64,000 bases of DNA from Pseudomonadota bacterium (GTDB taxonomy: Bacteria > Pseudomonadota > Alphaproteobacteria > Caulobacterales > Caulobacteraceae): positions 4,299 through 68,298 of the forward strand of contig JBEHYZ010000003.1 in assembly GCA_048497915.1 (NCBI GenBank), written 5' to 3'. Of this stretch, positions 52,462-63,172 are shown in pieces. The position numbers and the translations under genes were made by a program. The notes beneath the pieces were generated by a model. That model did no database searches. It saw only the letters and a program-made list of their open reading frames with translations, and was not told the DNA's origin. How positions within the stretch are numbered: the stretch's first letter is position 1; each line of letters opens with the position of its first letter.

Positions 52462-53868
52462 ATGGCCGACGACAATTTCGACGTAGTGATCATCGGCGGC
52501 GGTCCGGGCGGCTATAATGCCGCGGTGCGTGCCGGTCAGCTGGGTCTCAAGACCGCGATCGTCGAGTCGCGCGGCGTTCTGGGCGGGACCTGCCTAAACG
52601 TCGGCTGCATGCCGTCGAAGGCTCTGCTGCACGCCTCGGAACTGTTCGAAGCCACCACCCACGAATTCGCCACCATCGGCATCGAGGTGCCCGCGCCGAA
52701 GCTCAACCTCGTCCAGATGATGAAGGCCAAGCAGGACAGCGTCACCGCCCTGACCAAGGGCGTCGAGTTCCTGATGAAGAAGAACAAGGTGACCTACTTC
52801 GCCGGGCGCGGCACCATCGCCGGCCAGGGCCGTGTCACCGTCGCGGGCAATGATGGCTCCAGCCAGACCCTGATCACCAAGAACATCGTCATCGCCACCG
52901 GCTCCGAGCCGACCCCGCTGCCGGGCGTCGAGGTCGACCAGAAGCAGATCGTGGATTCGACCGGCGCGCTGTCGCTGGCGTCGGTGCCGAAGTCGCTGGT
53001 CGTGGTCGGCGCCGGCATCATCGGCCTGGAGCTGGGTTCAGTGTGGCGCCGCCTCGGTGCGCAGGTCACGGTCGTTGAATTCCTCGATCGCATCACGCCG
53101 GGCATGGATACCGAAGTCGCCACCGCCTTCCAGAAGGCGCTGGTCAAGCAGGGCATGACCTTCAAGCTGGGCACCAAGGTGACCTCGGCCAAGCCGGGCG
53201 CCAAGGGCGTCGAGCTGACCCTGGAACCGGCCGCCGGCGGCGCCGCTGAAAAGGTCACGGCCGACGTCGTGCTGGTGGCTATCGGCCGCCGTCCGTTCAC
53301 CAACGGCCTGGGCCTGGAGTCGGTCGGCCTGTCGACCGATCAGCGTGGCTTCATCCCGACCAACCACTTCAAGACCGCCGTGCCGGGCATCTGGGCGATC
53401 GGCGATGTCATCACCGGTCCGATGCTGGCGCACAAGGCCGAGGAAGACGCGGTTGCCTGTATCGAATTCATTGCCGGCAAGGCGGGTCACGTCGACTACA
53501 ACCTGGTGCCGAGCGTCGTCTACACCTCGCCGGAAGTGGCCTGGGTCGGCCAGACCGAGGACCAGCTCAAGGCAGCCGGCGTGCAGTACAAGACGGGCAA
53601 GTTCCCGTTCACGGCCAACAGCCGCGCCAAGATCAATCACGAGACCGAAGGCTTCGTGAAGTTCCTGGCCGATGCCAAGACGGACAAGGTTCTGGGCGTG
53701 CACATGATGGGGCCGCAGGTCGGCGAAATGATTGGCGAAGCCTGCGTGTTGATGGCGTTCGGCGGCGCTTCGGAAGACCTGGCGCGCACCTGCCATCCGC
53801 ACCCGACGCGCTCGGAGGCTGTGCGTCAGGCGGCCATGGGCGTCGAAGGCTGGACGATGCAGATGTAA
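52462..53868 (+). CDS. lpdA: Dihydrolipoyl dehydrogenase E3
   Basis: GGGPGGY, GGTCLNVGCMPSK, GAGIIGLE and HPHPTRSE. Confidence 0.97.
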   Translation: MADDNFDVVIIGGGPGGYNAAVRAGQLGLKTAIVESRGVLGGTCLNVGCMPSKALLHASELFEATTHEFATIGIEVPAPKLNLVQMMKAKQDSVTALTKGVEFLMKKNKVTYFAGRGTIAGQGRVTVAGNDGSSQTLITKNIVIATGSEPTPLPGVEVDQKQIVDSTGALSLASVPKSLVVVGAGIIGLELGSVWRRLGAQVTVVEFLDRITPGMDTEVATAFQKALVKQGMTFKLGTKVTSAKPGAKGVELTLEPAAGGAAEKVTADVVLVAIGRRPFTNGLGLESVGLSTDQRGFIPTNHFKTAVPGIWAIGDVITGPMLAHKAEEDAVACIEFIAGKAGHVDYNLVPSVVYTSPEVAWVGQTEDQLKAAGVQYKTGKFPFTANSRAKINHETEGFVKFLADAKTDKVLGVHMMGPQVGEMIGEACVLMAFGGASEDLARTCHPHPTRSEAVRQAAMGVEGWTMQM

Positions 53869-53874
53869 GACACT

Positions 53875-53917
53875 CACCCCAAAAGTCCCTCGCTTTGCTC
53901 GGTGTACTTTTGGGGTG
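53875..53917. repeat. 12-bp perfect inverted repeat downstream of lpdA
   Basis: CACCCCAAAAGT-(19 nt)-ACTTTTGGGGTG. Confidence 0.6.
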
Positions 53918-53945
53918 GATCCAATAAGGAAGAATTTTTGTTTTC

Positions 53946-53981
53946 AGGCTCTGGAGCTATCGCTTCAGAGCCTTTTGTTTT
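53946..53981 (+). terminator. Rho-independent terminator after lpdA
   Basis: AGGCTCTGGAGC-tatc-GCTTCAGAGCCT followed by TTTGTTTT. Confidence 0.8.
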
Positions 53982-54030
53982 GCTTTTCCACCTAATCGTG
54001 TACCATGTGCCTAACGAGGGGGAAAACATC

Positions 54031-54813
54031 GTGAAAATCATCGGTTTTGTAGCCGCACTGGCTGTACTGGCGACTCCGGCCCTGGCTGCAGACAAGGCGC
54101 CGCCGGTCGATCGCGCCGCGGCCCTGGCGCGGGCGCCGCAGTTCCACGATCCGATCGAGGCCGCCCTGACGCAAAAGCCGAATACGCTTTACCTGGCCGC
54201 GCTGGCCGGCAAGGCAACCGACCAATGGGCCTGGGGCCTGGCGTTGGTGGCGACGCGCTTTGATACGGACTCCGTGCCACCTGCGCAGCTTGCTCTTTAT
54301 AAGGCCTACGACGAGAAAGTCGGGGTCGCGGAAGCTGCCTATCAAAAGCAGCACCCGAAAGAAGATATCTCCGACAAGGATATGGCCTTTTTCGTCAAGC
54401 CGACGGATGAGGAGGCTCAGGCTGTGACCATCGTCGAGGCCATCAATTCACCCAATCTCTGGCTGGGCAAGGCCCACGAGGGCGGCATCGAGGCGGCTGT
54501 CATCAACCAGAGTGTGCGCTGTCTGGCAGTGGTCAAAGAACACCTCGATGCCGAGAGCTTGATGAGTCAGATCCTGGGCGGGATGGGCTCCCCGGCTGCC
54601 GGGAAGAAAGACCAGGCTTCGAGTAAGGGCAATGTCGTCAGCCTGGCAGATATCCTCAACGGGCCCAAGGACGAGGCAAGCAAGACCGAAGAAGACCGCG
54701 ACGAAGACGCGTTGTGCGGTGGCAGCGATGCTCTCCAGCACGTTAAAAGCCTGATGAGGGCGGTCTATACGCCACCCTTTAGGGTTACGGTTTCAACCAA
54801 CAAGAAAAAATAG
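54031..54813 (+). CDS. Hypothetical secreted protein
   Basis: GTG start after GAGGGGG; signal peptide ending ALA-AD. Confidence 0.6.
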   Translation: MKIIGFVAALAVLATPALAADKAPPVDRAAALARAPQFHDPIEAALTQKPNTLYLAALAGKATDQWAWGLALVATRFDTDSVPPAQLALYKAYDEKVGVAEAAYQKQHPKEDISDKDMAFFVKPTDEEAQAVTIVEAINSPNLWLGKAHEGGIEAAVINQSVRCLAVVKEHLDAESLMSQILGGMGSPAAGKKDQASSKGNVVSLADILNGPKDEASKTEEDRDEDALCGGSDALQHVKSLMRAVYTPPFRVTVSTNKKK

Positions 54814-54816
54814 GTC

Positions 54817-55734
54817 TCAGCCCTTCGGGTGGGCTGCCGCGTAGGCGCTGAGCAGCTTTTCCGTGTCGACCTGGGTGTATTTCTGCGTGGTCGACAGCGA
54901 CACGTGGCCCAGCAGTTCCTGGATCGAGCGCAGGTCGGCGCCAGAACCCAGAAGATGCGTGGCGAACGAATGGCGCAGCGCGTGCGGTGTTGCCCGGTCG
55001 TTCAGGCCAAGCCGCGAACGCATGTGTTGAAGGCTGGCCTGGACATGGCGTGGGCTCAGATCGCCGCCGCGTTTGGCCCGGAACAGCTTCATGTCCGGTG
55101 TCAGCGGAAACGGCACTTGCTGTTTATAGGTTTCGATGGCGTCGCGTACGGCCGGAAGGACAGGCAGGGTGCGCATCTTGTTGCCCTTGCCGGTGATGCG
55201 CAGGGACTCGGTCAGCGGCGTGTCGGCGACGGTCAGCGACAGGGCCTCGGAAATGCGTAAGCCCAAGCCATAGAGCAGCGAATAAACGGCTTCGTCGCGG
55301 GCGTTTTCCCAATCGTCGCGGTCGGCATCCATGTGTGTTTCAGCCAATAATCCTGCAGCCTGGTCCTCACTCAGCGGGCGGGGCAGGGTGGCTTTCAGGC
55401 GCGGTCCACGCATCATCGCTACCTGGGCATTGCCCATGTCAAGGTGGACATCCAGCCAGTTGTGGAACGACTTCACCGCCGACAGATGCTGGGCCAGCGA
55501 GCGCGCTGACAAGGGAGGATCCTTGCCGCGCAGGTGCGCCATCCAACCGCGTACATCGGCCGAGCTTACTGCCACTACATCAGCCAGCGTCAATTCGGCC
55601 GACACGGTTCGAGTCAGGTGAGCAATGTAATAGCGAAAGGCATGGGCATAGGCTTCGACCGTGCGCGGCGAACAGCGGCGCTGGCTTTTCAGCCAGGTCA
55701 GCCATTGAAACTGGGCATCGCTTAAATCGGTCAT
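54817..55734 (-). CDS. xerC: Tyrosine recombinase XerC
   Basis: Catalytic residues in GLRISE, GKGNK, HALRH, LGH and TQKY. Sits in the lpdA-xerC-DUF484-priA context. Confidence 0.88.
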   Translation of the reverse strand: MTDLSDAQFQWLTWLKSQRRCSPRTVEAYAHAFRYYIAHLTRTVSAELTLADVVAVSSADVRGWMAHLRGKDPPLSARSLAQHLSAVKSFHNWLDVHLDMGNAQVAMMRGPRLKATLPRPLSEDQAAGLLAETHMDADRDDWENARDEAVYSLLYGLGLRISEALSLTVADTPLTESLRITGKGNKMRTLPVLPAVRDAIETYKQQVPFPLTPDMKLFRAKRGGDLSPRHVQASLQHMRSRLGLNDRATPHALRHSFATHLLGSGADLRSIQELLGHVSLSTTQKYTQVDTEKLLSAYAAAHPKG

Positions 55735-55963
55735 GGCCGAAAAATCGGCGCGCAATCGAGGCCGCGCGATTGGTGGTCTCCCTACCCCGCCTCGAAGATA
55801 GAGGGAGACGGTGAGAGGGCTTACTCCAAACAGAACCTTTTATGGTCGGGGAGGGAGACCTCAAAGGCGCGGCTCAACCACACGCTTATACCTCACTTAA
55901 GGGGAGCTGTGGATAAGTTAAGGATCAGAATATGTAAAGAAATGCTAAGCGACCGTTACCGGC

Positions 55964-56689
55964 CTAAGCCAATACCGGCCAGCGTTCGGCCACCCGTTCG
56001 ACCACGCGTGCAACGAACGCCACCAGTTCGGCGCCCATCTCGGCGGAGAAACCGTCGAAATCCGACGAACCGAAGGCCACGAGGCCCGGCCGGCCTTCGC
56101 GCCACAGGGCGATGCGCAGGACGGCGGCCGATTTGATGCGTGAAACGTCGTCGCCGAACAGCACGCGGCAAACGCCTTCCGGGCCCAGCAAGGACAGGCC
56201 TTGTTCGCCGATGATGTAGTCGACGCCGCCGTCATCCAGCACCTTCCAGCCAAGCGGCACCGGCGCGGTGTCTTCCAGCGCGATTGATGCGGCGATCAGG
56301 CCGAAGCGGTCGCGGGCTTCTTCGTTGAGGCGGCGGGCCAGGTCGGAGTGGTTGCGCGCTTCCAGCAGGTTCAGGATCAGGCTGTGCGTCTGGTTCTGGG
56401 CGTCGAAATTGGCCTTGGCCGTCATTTCCAACTGGCGGCGGACGTCGAAATCTTTGAGGGCGCGCGCTTCCAGGCGCGACAGGGCGGCCGGGCCGAAATC
56501 GATCAGATGGCGCGATTTGGTCTGTAGGCCCAGCGCATCCAGCAACGCCTTGTCCTGGGCGATGTCGCGGGCAAATTGCGGAGCATGGTTAAGAAGGTGA
56601 CGGCGCAGGGCCTGCCAGTCGTCGAGGTCAAGCGTAGGACTACCGCTTTCCGAACTCATCAAACCCCCGGCGGCCATCAAGGCCGTCAA
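55964..56689 (-). CDS. DUF484 (YigA-like) family protein
   Basis: AKANFDAQ, GAF-like C-terminus and AFGS-(x)-F-(x)-MGAELVAF; upstream of xerC. Confidence 0.8.
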   Translation of the reverse strand: MTALMAAGGLMSSESGSPTLDLDDWQALRRHLLNHAPQFARDIAQDKALLDALGLQTKSRHLIDFGPAALSRLEARALKDFDVRRQLEMTAKANFDAQNQTHSLILNLLEARNHSDLARRLNEEARDRFGLIAASIALEDTAPVPLGWKVLDDGGVDYIIGEQGLSLLGPEGVCRVLFGDDVSRIKSAAVLRIALWREGRPGLVAFGSSDFDGFSAEMGAELVAFVARVVERVAERWPVLA

Positions 56690-56795
56690 AACGCGTGGAG
56701 CTTCACTCTAGTTCGGCCGTGGCCATCTGTGAAGCGGGATTTACGGCAGGGTTGTGACAAATCGGCGGGATTCGTGTTACAGGCTTGTCGATGAG

Positions 56796-56897
56796 GCTAG
56801 AGCATCTCTCCACAGGCTTATATTGGAGATGCTCTAGCTTTTTTGTTTGTCGCACTTTTTAACCGAAAAGTGCCTTACACTTTTCGTAAAGTGCTTG
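56796..56897. repeat. Composite palindromic repeat, family A, copy 3
   Basis: 13-bp IR GCTAGAGCATCTC / GAGATGCTCTAGC, then TGTCGCAC...CCGAAAAGTG...CACTTTTCG. Confidence 0.7.
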
Positions 56898-56899
56898 CC

Positions 56900-59086
56900 G
56901 TGTCCGAATTCCCCCTTCAGCGTCAGGAAGCCCGCATCGTGGCCAAGGTCGCGGTGCTGGCGCCCATGGACAGCGCGCTGGACTACCTGGTGCCGGACGA
57001 CTGGCACCTGGCGGCGGGCGAACATGTGATCGTGCCGTTGGGGGGCGCCAAGGTGCGCGGCCTGGTGGTCGGTTTTGAGGCCGACAGCGGCGAACACAAG
57101 CTCAAGGCTGTTCTGCAACGCCTGGACGATCCGCCGGTACCGGAATCGTCCCTGAATTTCTGGCTGTGGGCAGCACAGTGGACGCTGACGCCGCCGGGCG
57201 TTTTCCTGAATGGCTGCCTGCGCGCCCTGAAAGCGGTGAAGGGACATGTCCGGCAGGGTTACGTCCGTTCCGATCAGGTGCCTGCCCGCATGACCAAGGC
57301 GCGGGAACGCGTGCTGGAGATGGCCCTGCTGCCGATGGGGTTGGGTGACCTGGCTTTGGCGGCGGGGGTTTCGCCGGGCGTAGTGACGGCGCTGGAAAAG
57401 GACGGTGCGCTGATCAAGGTCGAGATGAAGGACGATGGCGGTCCGGTCGCGCCTGATCCGGACTTCGCGCCGGCGCGTTTGAACGAAAGCCAGGCGGCGG
57501 CGCATATCCTGCTGGGGAATGAGGCGGCCAAGGCGACGTTCGCGCCGGTTCTGCTCGATGGGGTCACCGGGTCGGGCAAGACCGAGGTCTATCTTGAGGC
57601 CGTGGCGGATGTGCTGCGCGATGATTCGGCAGCGCAGGTGCTGATCCTGCTGCCGGAAATCGCCCTGACGCAGGCGGTGCTGGGGCGGCTGAAGGCGCGT
57701 TTCGGCGTCGAGGTCGCGCAGTGGCACAACGAGGTCGTCAACAGCACGCGCCGCAAGACCTGGGAAGGGGTGGCGACCGGCAAGATCCGGCTGGTGGTCG
57801 GGGCGCGGTCGGCGCTGTTCCTGCCGTATCAGCGGCTGGGGCTGGTGGTGGTCGATGAGGAGCACGACGGCTCCTACAAGCAGGAAGAGGGCGTGCGTTA
57901 CCATGCCCGTGACCTGGCGGTTTTCCGGGCGCGGCTGGATGGCGGCATGGCGATCCTGGCTTCGGCGACGCCGTCGCTGGAGACCCTGACCAATGCCCAG
58001 AATGGCCGCTATGCCTGGATTCGGCTGGAGCGGCGGCACGGCGAAGCGCAGTTGCCTGACATCGGCCTGATCGACATGAAGCAATCGCCGCCGGACAAGG
58101 GGTACTGGCTTAGCGATCCGATGGTCGGCGAGATTCTGGCGACCTTGCAACGTAAGGAACAGGTCATGCTGTTCCTCAACCGGCGCGGCTATGCGCCGCT
58201 GGTGCTGTGCAAGGCGTGCGGCGAGAAGTTGAGCGCGCCGAATACCGACTCATGGCTGGTTGAGCACCGGGCGTCGGGGCGGTTGGTCTGCCACCTGACC
58301 GGCTTCTCGATGCGCAAGCCGGCCGCCTGTCCGCACTGTGGCGCCAAGGACGGGCTGACCTCGATCGGACCGGGCGTCGAGCGTATCCTGGAAGAGGTGC
58401 AGAACCGTTTTCCGGACGCGCGGTCTGAAGTGTTTTCGTCGGACACCACGCCTGATGCCGAAAGCTCGGCGTCGCTGATCTCACGTATCGAAAATCATGA
58501 GGTCGACATCGTTATTGCCACCCAGGCGGCGGCTAAGGGGCATAACTTCCCGAATCTGACACTTGTTGGAATCGTCGATGCCGATCTGGGTTTAAAAGGC
58601 GGTGATCTGCGTGCCGCCGAGCGGACCTTCCAGCTCCTGGCGCAAGCTACCGGTCGGGCCGGGCGCAAGGTGAAGCCGGGACGAGCGCTGATCCAGACCT
58701 ATGCGCCGGAACACCCGGTCATGCAGGCCTTGATGCGGCAGGATCGCGAGGCCTTTTATGCTTACGAGTCCATGGTTCGTGAAATGGCGAAATTTCCACC
58801 GTTCGGGCGGTTGGGCGCAATTATCCTGTCGGCCAAGGACCAGAACCTGCTCAACCGGTTCTGCCGGGAACTGGCCCTTTTCATCCCGAACAGCGAGGGG
58901 ATCGATGTCTGGGGACCGGCCGATGCGCCGCTGGCCTTGGTGCGCGGCCAGTGGCGCAAGCGCTTCCTGGTGCGGGCGGATCGCAATCGCGATCTTCAGG
59001 CCTTCGTCACGCACTGGCTGGCGGCGATCAAGCGGCCCAACGCCATCCGGATGATCGTCGATATCGATCCGTACAGTTTCCTGTGA
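56900..59086 (+). CDS. priA: Primosomal protein N'
   Basis: GVTGSGKTEVY, LPEIALT, DEEHD, SATPSLE, LNRRGYA and GRAGR. Confidence 0.95.
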   Translation: MSEFPLQRQEARIVAKVAVLAPMDSALDYLVPDDWHLAAGEHVIVPLGGAKVRGLVVGFEADSGEHKLKAVLQRLDDPPVPESSLNFWLWAAQWTLTPPGVFLNGCLRALKAVKGHVRQGYVRSDQVPARMTKARERVLEMALLPMGLGDLALAAGVSPGVVTALEKDGALIKVEMKDDGGPVAPDPDFAPARLNESQAAAHILLGNEAAKATFAPVLLDGVTGSGKTEVYLEAVADVLRDDSAAQVLILLPEIALTQAVLGRLKARFGVEVAQWHNEVVNSTRRKTWEGVATGKIRLVVGARSALFLPYQRLGLVVVDEEHDGSYKQEEGVRYHARDLAVFRARLDGGMAILASATPSLETLTNAQNGRYAWIRLERRHGEAQLPDIGLIDMKQSPPDKGYWLSDPMVGEILATLQRKEQVMLFLNRRGYAPLVLCKACGEKLSAPNTDSWLVEHRASGRLVCHLTGFSMRKPAACPHCGAKDGLTSIGPGVERILEEVQNRFPDARSEVFSSDTTPDAESSASLISRIENHEVDIVIATQAAAKGHNFPNLTLVGIVDADLGLKGGDLRAAERTFQLLAQATGRAGRKVKPGRALIQTYAPEHPVMQALMRQDREAFYAYESMVREMAKFPPFGRLGAIILSAKDQNLLNRFCRELALFIPNSEGIDVWGPADAPLALVRGQWRKRFLVRADRNRDLQAFVTHWLAAIKRPNAIRMIVDIDPYSFL

Positions 59087-59926
59087 TCAGGCGGCGATGT
59101 CGAGCTTCTGGCCGATGCCGGGCACGGCCTGCTTGATGTCGCGATCCATGTCTTCCATGTCTTTGTGCAGGTCTTTCAGCGTCTTTTCGACGTCTTCGAA
59201 GGCCTCGTTGGTGCTCTTGTCGGGCTTCTGCGCGGCCTTCTGGATGCGGGCGGGCGCCAGCAGCTTTTCCTCGATCTGCTTGACGAGGCCCTTGACCAGC
59301 TTGAGGAAGTCGAGGCCGTCATCGCCGGCGATTTCCTTCACCTTACGGTCAACCGCCGTGTAGAGGCCGGTCGGGTCCTTGGTCTGTGGCTGAGCGTCGG
59401 CAGGCGCGGTTTCGGCTTGTTTGGTTTCGGGCGCCGCCTCGGCCTGAGCCGGCGCGGTCTGTGCGGCGTCGTCGGCTTTCGCTTTGTCCGCGTCGTCCTG
59501 TTCGGCGTCGTCCTTGGGTGGTGCTGCCGGTTCCGCCGGAACGCCCGCGGTCTGTGCGGCGTCGGCTGCACTGCTGCTGGCGCCCATTTCCCGGTCGGTG
59601 GCTGCCTTGAAGTCCTTGAGGGCTGCCTTCAGCTCCTTGAACACCTGGGCCAGGGCGTGCGCCATCTGCTTCGGATTGCCGGAATACATCTTCTGCAGAA
59701 TCTTCAGGCGCTCCTTGATGCCTTCGATGCGCTGGCGGATGTAGTTCTTGTCCTTGTCGGCCGCCTTCATGACCGGCAGGTCGAAGGCTTTCTGGGCGGC
59801 CGATTCGATCTTGCTCTTGCGGGCATCGGCGGCGGCAATGGCATTGAACTTATCGGTCGACATGCCGCGCGGCGACCACGGCGTAATCAGCGGCGCGCCC
59901 GAATTGGTACGGATAGAAGTGTCCAT
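59087..59926 (-). CDS. Hypothetical coiled-coil protein with Ala/Asp/Pro-rich linker
   Basis: Clean ORF with GC-rich third codon positions; ends GQKLDIAA. Confidence 0.65.
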   Translation of the reverse strand: MDTSIRTNSGAPLITPWSPRGMSTDKFNAIAAADARKSKIESAAQKAFDLPVMKAADKDKNYIRQRIEGIKERLKILQKMYSGNPKQMAHALAQVFKELKAALKDFKAATDREMGASSSAADAAQTAGVPAEPAAPPKDDAEQDDADKAKADDAAQTAPAQAEAAPETKQAETAPADAQPQTKDPTGLYTAVDRKVKEIAGDDGLDFLKLVKGLVKQIEEKLLAPARIQKAAQKPDKSTNEAFEDVEKTLKDLHKDMEDMDRDIKQAVPGIGQKLDIAA

Positions 59927-59994
59927 GCCCGTCAGCCTTCTGCTGAAATAAGGCCGGAGTGTAACAAACCAGGCTTAATATCCCTTTACGGGAT

Positions 59995-60741
59995 CTAGCC
60001 TTTCTTGCGGCGCATCATCTGCAGCATCTCGACAAAGGCGGCAAAGCCCATGGCGGCGTAGATATAGCCCTTATCGACGTGCTGACCGAAGCCTTCCATG
60101 ATCAGCATGACGCCGATCATCAGCAGGAAGCCAAGCGCCAGGATGACGACCGAGGCGTGCGTGTGAATGAAACGCGCGATCGGGCCGGAGGCGACGAACA
60201 TCAGGGCGACGGCGATCAACACAGCCGCGATCATGATCGGCAGTTCGTCGGTCATGCCGACGGCGGTCAGAATTGAGTCGACCGAGAAGACGAGGTCAAG
60301 CAGCAGGATCTGGATGATGGCGGCAGTCATGGACGGACGTTTGACCTGCGGCTTTTTGTCGCCGGTGGCTTTCTCCTCGTCGCTTTTCTCGTGCTTGCCG
60401 TCGGTCGATTCGATGATTTCCGAGGTCGCCTTGTAGAGCAGGAACACGCCGCCGGCGATCAGGATGATGTCGCGCCAGGAGAAACCGTGACCGAGCAGGA
60501 ACAGCACCGGGTTTTTCAGGCTGACGATGATGAACACGCTGCCGAGCAGGGCAACGCGCAGGAAAAGCGCGCCGAACATGCCGATGAAGCGGGCGCGGGG
60601 CCGTTGCGATTCCTCAAGTTTGTTGGTCAAAATGGAAATGAAGACCAGATTGTCGATGCCTAAGACGACTTCCATAACAACGAGGGTGAAAAGCGCTGCC
60701 CAGGCGGCTGGATCCTGTACTAATGCTGTTATAACGTCCAT
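59995..60741 (-). CDS. TerC family integral membrane protein
   Basis: EVVLGIDNLVFI, DLVFSVDSILTAVG and KGYIYAAM. Confidence 0.92.
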   Translation of the reverse strand: MDVITALVQDPAAWAALFTLVVMEVVLGIDNLVFISILTNKLEESQRPRARFIGMFGALFLRVALLGSVFIIVSLKNPVLFLLGHGFSWRDIILIAGGVFLLYKATSEIIESTDGKHEKSDEEKATGDKKPQVKRPSMTAAIIQILLLDLVFSVDSILTAVGMTDELPIMIAAVLIAVALMFVASGPIARFIHTHASVVILALGFLLMIGVMLIMEGFGQHVDKGYIYAAMGFAAFVEMLQMMRRKKG

Positions 60742-61039
60742 TTTTCTCGACTCTTGTTGGGGGAATCGTTCATCCGTATGTATTTCTAAATAGAAGGGGC
60801 GGTTTAAATCTCAAGAGCGCGCCTTAGACAATATTTCGCGAAGCTTTTTCGAAAAGTTTTTGGAGGGGAGTGGATTTTTCGGTCCTGCGCGATCTTGCTT
60901 GGTTGCGGTGCCAAAATGCCTATGCTAAGGAGCCCGCGCTCCGGGATTTTGGTGGCGCGCGGACGCGTGCCTTTAAGGCCTTTCCGGTCCCGTGGCGCCT
61001 GCCCCGTCCATCGCTTTAAGCCCTATTCTGGACCCAAAC

Positions 61040-61594
61040 GTGAACGATCAATTTCGAGAAACCGAAGCCGGTGACCGCTATGCGAAGGCCGCTTTTGAAC
61101 TGGCCGAGGACACCAAGATCCTTGAGGCGGTGCAAAAAGACCTCGCCGCGGTGAAGACGCTTCTGCTGCAAAGCGCCGAGCTGCGCGGTTTCGTCTCCTC
61201 CTACGTCTACACCTCCGACATCAAGCTGAAAGGCCTTCTGGCGGTCACCAAGGACCTGCGCCTGAAGCCGATGACGCAAAAGCTGTTCGGCGTCATGGCG
61301 GCCAATCGCCGCCTCGACCAGCTGTTCCCGACGATCAACGCCTTCGACAAGCTGTATGCCGCCAAGAAGGGCATTGTCAGCGCCGAGGTCGTCTCTGCCG
61401 TAGCCCTGTCCGACACGCAGCTCGATGGTCTGAAGAAGGCCCTCGGCAAGGCGCTGGGGCAGGCGGCCGAAGTCAATACGTCGGTCGATCCGGCCATCCT
61501 CGGGGGCCTGAAGGTCCGCGTGGGGTCGCGCCTGTTCGACGCCAGCCTCAAAACCAAACTCGATTCCCTCAAATTCGCCCTTAAGCGTGCGTAA
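61040..61594 (+). CDS. atpH: F1 ATP synthase delta subunit
   Basis: RYAKAAFELA and VDPAILGGLKVRVGSRLFDASL; GTG start inferred. Confidence 0.92.
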   Translation: MNDQFRETEAGDRYAKAAFELAEDTKILEAVQKDLAAVKTLLLQSAELRGFVSSYVYTSDIKLKGLLAVTKDLRLKPMTQKLFGVMAANRRLDQLFPTINAFDKLYAAKKGIVSAEVVSAVALSDTQLDGLKKALGKALGQAAEVNTSVDPAILGGLKVRVGSRLFDASLKTKLDSLKFALKRA

Positions 61595-61630
61595 GCACCC
61601 CACACGACCGATATATAAGAGAACCTGAAA

Positions 61631-63163
61631 ATGGATATTCGCGCCGCCGAAATCTCGGCCATTCTCAAAGCTCAAATCGCTGGTTTCGGTGAGGAAGCCG
61701 ATGTCTCCGACGTCGGTCAGGTCCTCAGCGTCGGCGACGGTATCGCCCGCGTCTACGGCCTCGACAAGGTTCAGGCCGGTGAAATGGTCTCCTTCCCGAA
61801 GGCCGGCGTCAAGGGCATGGCCCTGAACCTGGAAAAGGACAATGTCGGCGTCGTTATCTTCGGCGAAGACCGCGAAATCCGCGAAGGCGACGAAGTCCGC
61901 CGCCTCGGCGAAATCGTGGACGTGCCGGTCGGCCGTGGCCTGCTGGGCCGCGTCGTCAACCCGCTGGGTGAGCCGATCGACGGCAAGGGCCCGATCGTTG
62001 CGACCGAGCGCCGCCGCGTCGACGTCAAGGCACCTGGCATCATCCCGCGCAAGTCGGTGCACGAGCCCGTGCAAACCGGCATCAAGGCCATCGACACCCT
62101 GATCCCGGTCGGCCGTGGTCAGCGCGAACTGGTCATCGGTGACCGTCAGACCGGCAAGACCGCCGTCTGTATCGACGCCATCCTGAACCAGAAGGCCGTC
62201 AACGAAGGTACCGACGAGAAGGCCAAGCTGTTCTGCATCTACGTCGCCATCGGCCAGAAGCGTTCGACCGTCGCCCAGATCGTCAAGACCCTGGAAGAGC
62301 AAGGCGCGCTGGACTACACCGTCGTCGTGTCGGCCACCGCTTCCGAGCCGGCCCCGCTACAGTTCCTGGCGCCGTTCGCTGGCTGCGCGATGGGTGAATG
62401 GTTCCGTGACAACGGCCTCGCCGCCCTGATCATCTATGACGATCTGTCGAAGCAGGCCGTCGCCTATCGTCAGATGTCGCTGCTGCTGCGCCGTCCGCCC
62501 GGCCGCGAAGCCTATCCGGGCGACGTTTTCTACCTGCACTCCCGCCTGCTCGAGCGCGCCGCCAAGCTCAACGAAGACAACGGCGCCGGCTCGCTGACCG
62601 CCCTGCCGGTCATTGAAACCCAGGCCAACGACGTGTCGGCCTATATCCCGACCAACGTGATTTCGATCACCGATGGCCAGATCTTCCTCGAAACCGACCT
62701 GTTCTATCAGGGCATCCGTCCGGCCGTGAACGTCGGTCTGTCGGTGTCGCGCGTCGGTTCGTCGGCTCAGATCAAGGCGATGAAGCAAGTCGCCGGCGCC
62801 ATCAAGGGCGACCTGGCCCAGTATCGCGAAATGGCCGCTTTCGCCAAGTTCGGTTCGGACCTTGACGCCGCCACCCAGCGCCTGCTGGCCCGCGGCGCCC
62901 GTCTGACGGAACTGCTGAAGCAGCCGCAATATTCGCCGCTGAAGGTCGAAGAGCAGGTTGCCGTGATCTACGCCGGTACCCGTGGTTATCTCGACAAGGT
63001 CGCCGTCTCCGACGTCGGCCGCTACGAGAAGGAGCTGCTGTCGCTGCTGCGCACGCGTCACAACGACCTGCTGACCGCGATCCGCGAGCAGAAGGCGCTG
63101 TCGGCCGATCTCGAAGAGAAGCTGAAGACCATCGTCGCCGATTTCACCTCGAACTTCGCCTAA
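61631..63163 (+). CDS. atpA: F1 ATP synthase alpha subunit
   Basis: GDRQTGKT and [22 protein letters not shown]. Confidence 0.98.
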   Translation: MDIRAAEISAILKAQIAGFGEEADVSDVGQVLSVGDGIARVYGLDKVQAGEMVSFPKAGVKGMALNLEKDNVGVVIFGEDREIREGDEVRRLGEIVDVPVGRGLLGRVVNPLGEPIDGKGPIVATERRRVDVKAPGIIPRKSVHEPVQTGIKAIDTLIPVGRGQRELVIGDRQTGKTAVCIDAILNQKAVNEGTDEKAKLFCIYVAIGQKRSTVAQIVKTLEEQGALDYTVVVSATASEPAPLQFLAPFAGCAMGEWFRDNGLAALIIYDDLSKQAVAYRQMSLLLRRPPGREAYPGDVFYLHSRLLERAAKLNEDNGAGSLTALPVIETQANDVSAYIPTNVISITDGQIFLETDLFYQGIRPAVNVGLSVSRVGSSAQIKAMKQVAGAIKGDLAQYREMAAFAKFGSDLDAATQRLLARGARLTELLKQPQYSPLKVEEQVAVIYAGTRGYLDKVAVSDVGRYEKELLSLLRTRHNDLLTAIREQKALSADLEEKLKTIVADFTSNFA

Positions 63164-63172
63164 GGGTCCGCA

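Noticed and set aside
54817-55734. Tyrosine recombinase as a possible prophage or island integrase
   Set aside because: Size, motifs and the lpdA-xerC-DUF484-priA context fit housekeeping XerC. No att repeats or phage genes are nearby.
55775-55860. Imperfect inverted repeat GGTCTCCCT...AGGGAGACC upstream of xerC
   Set aside because: Short, with no second copy recognised in the window. Not enough to call an element.
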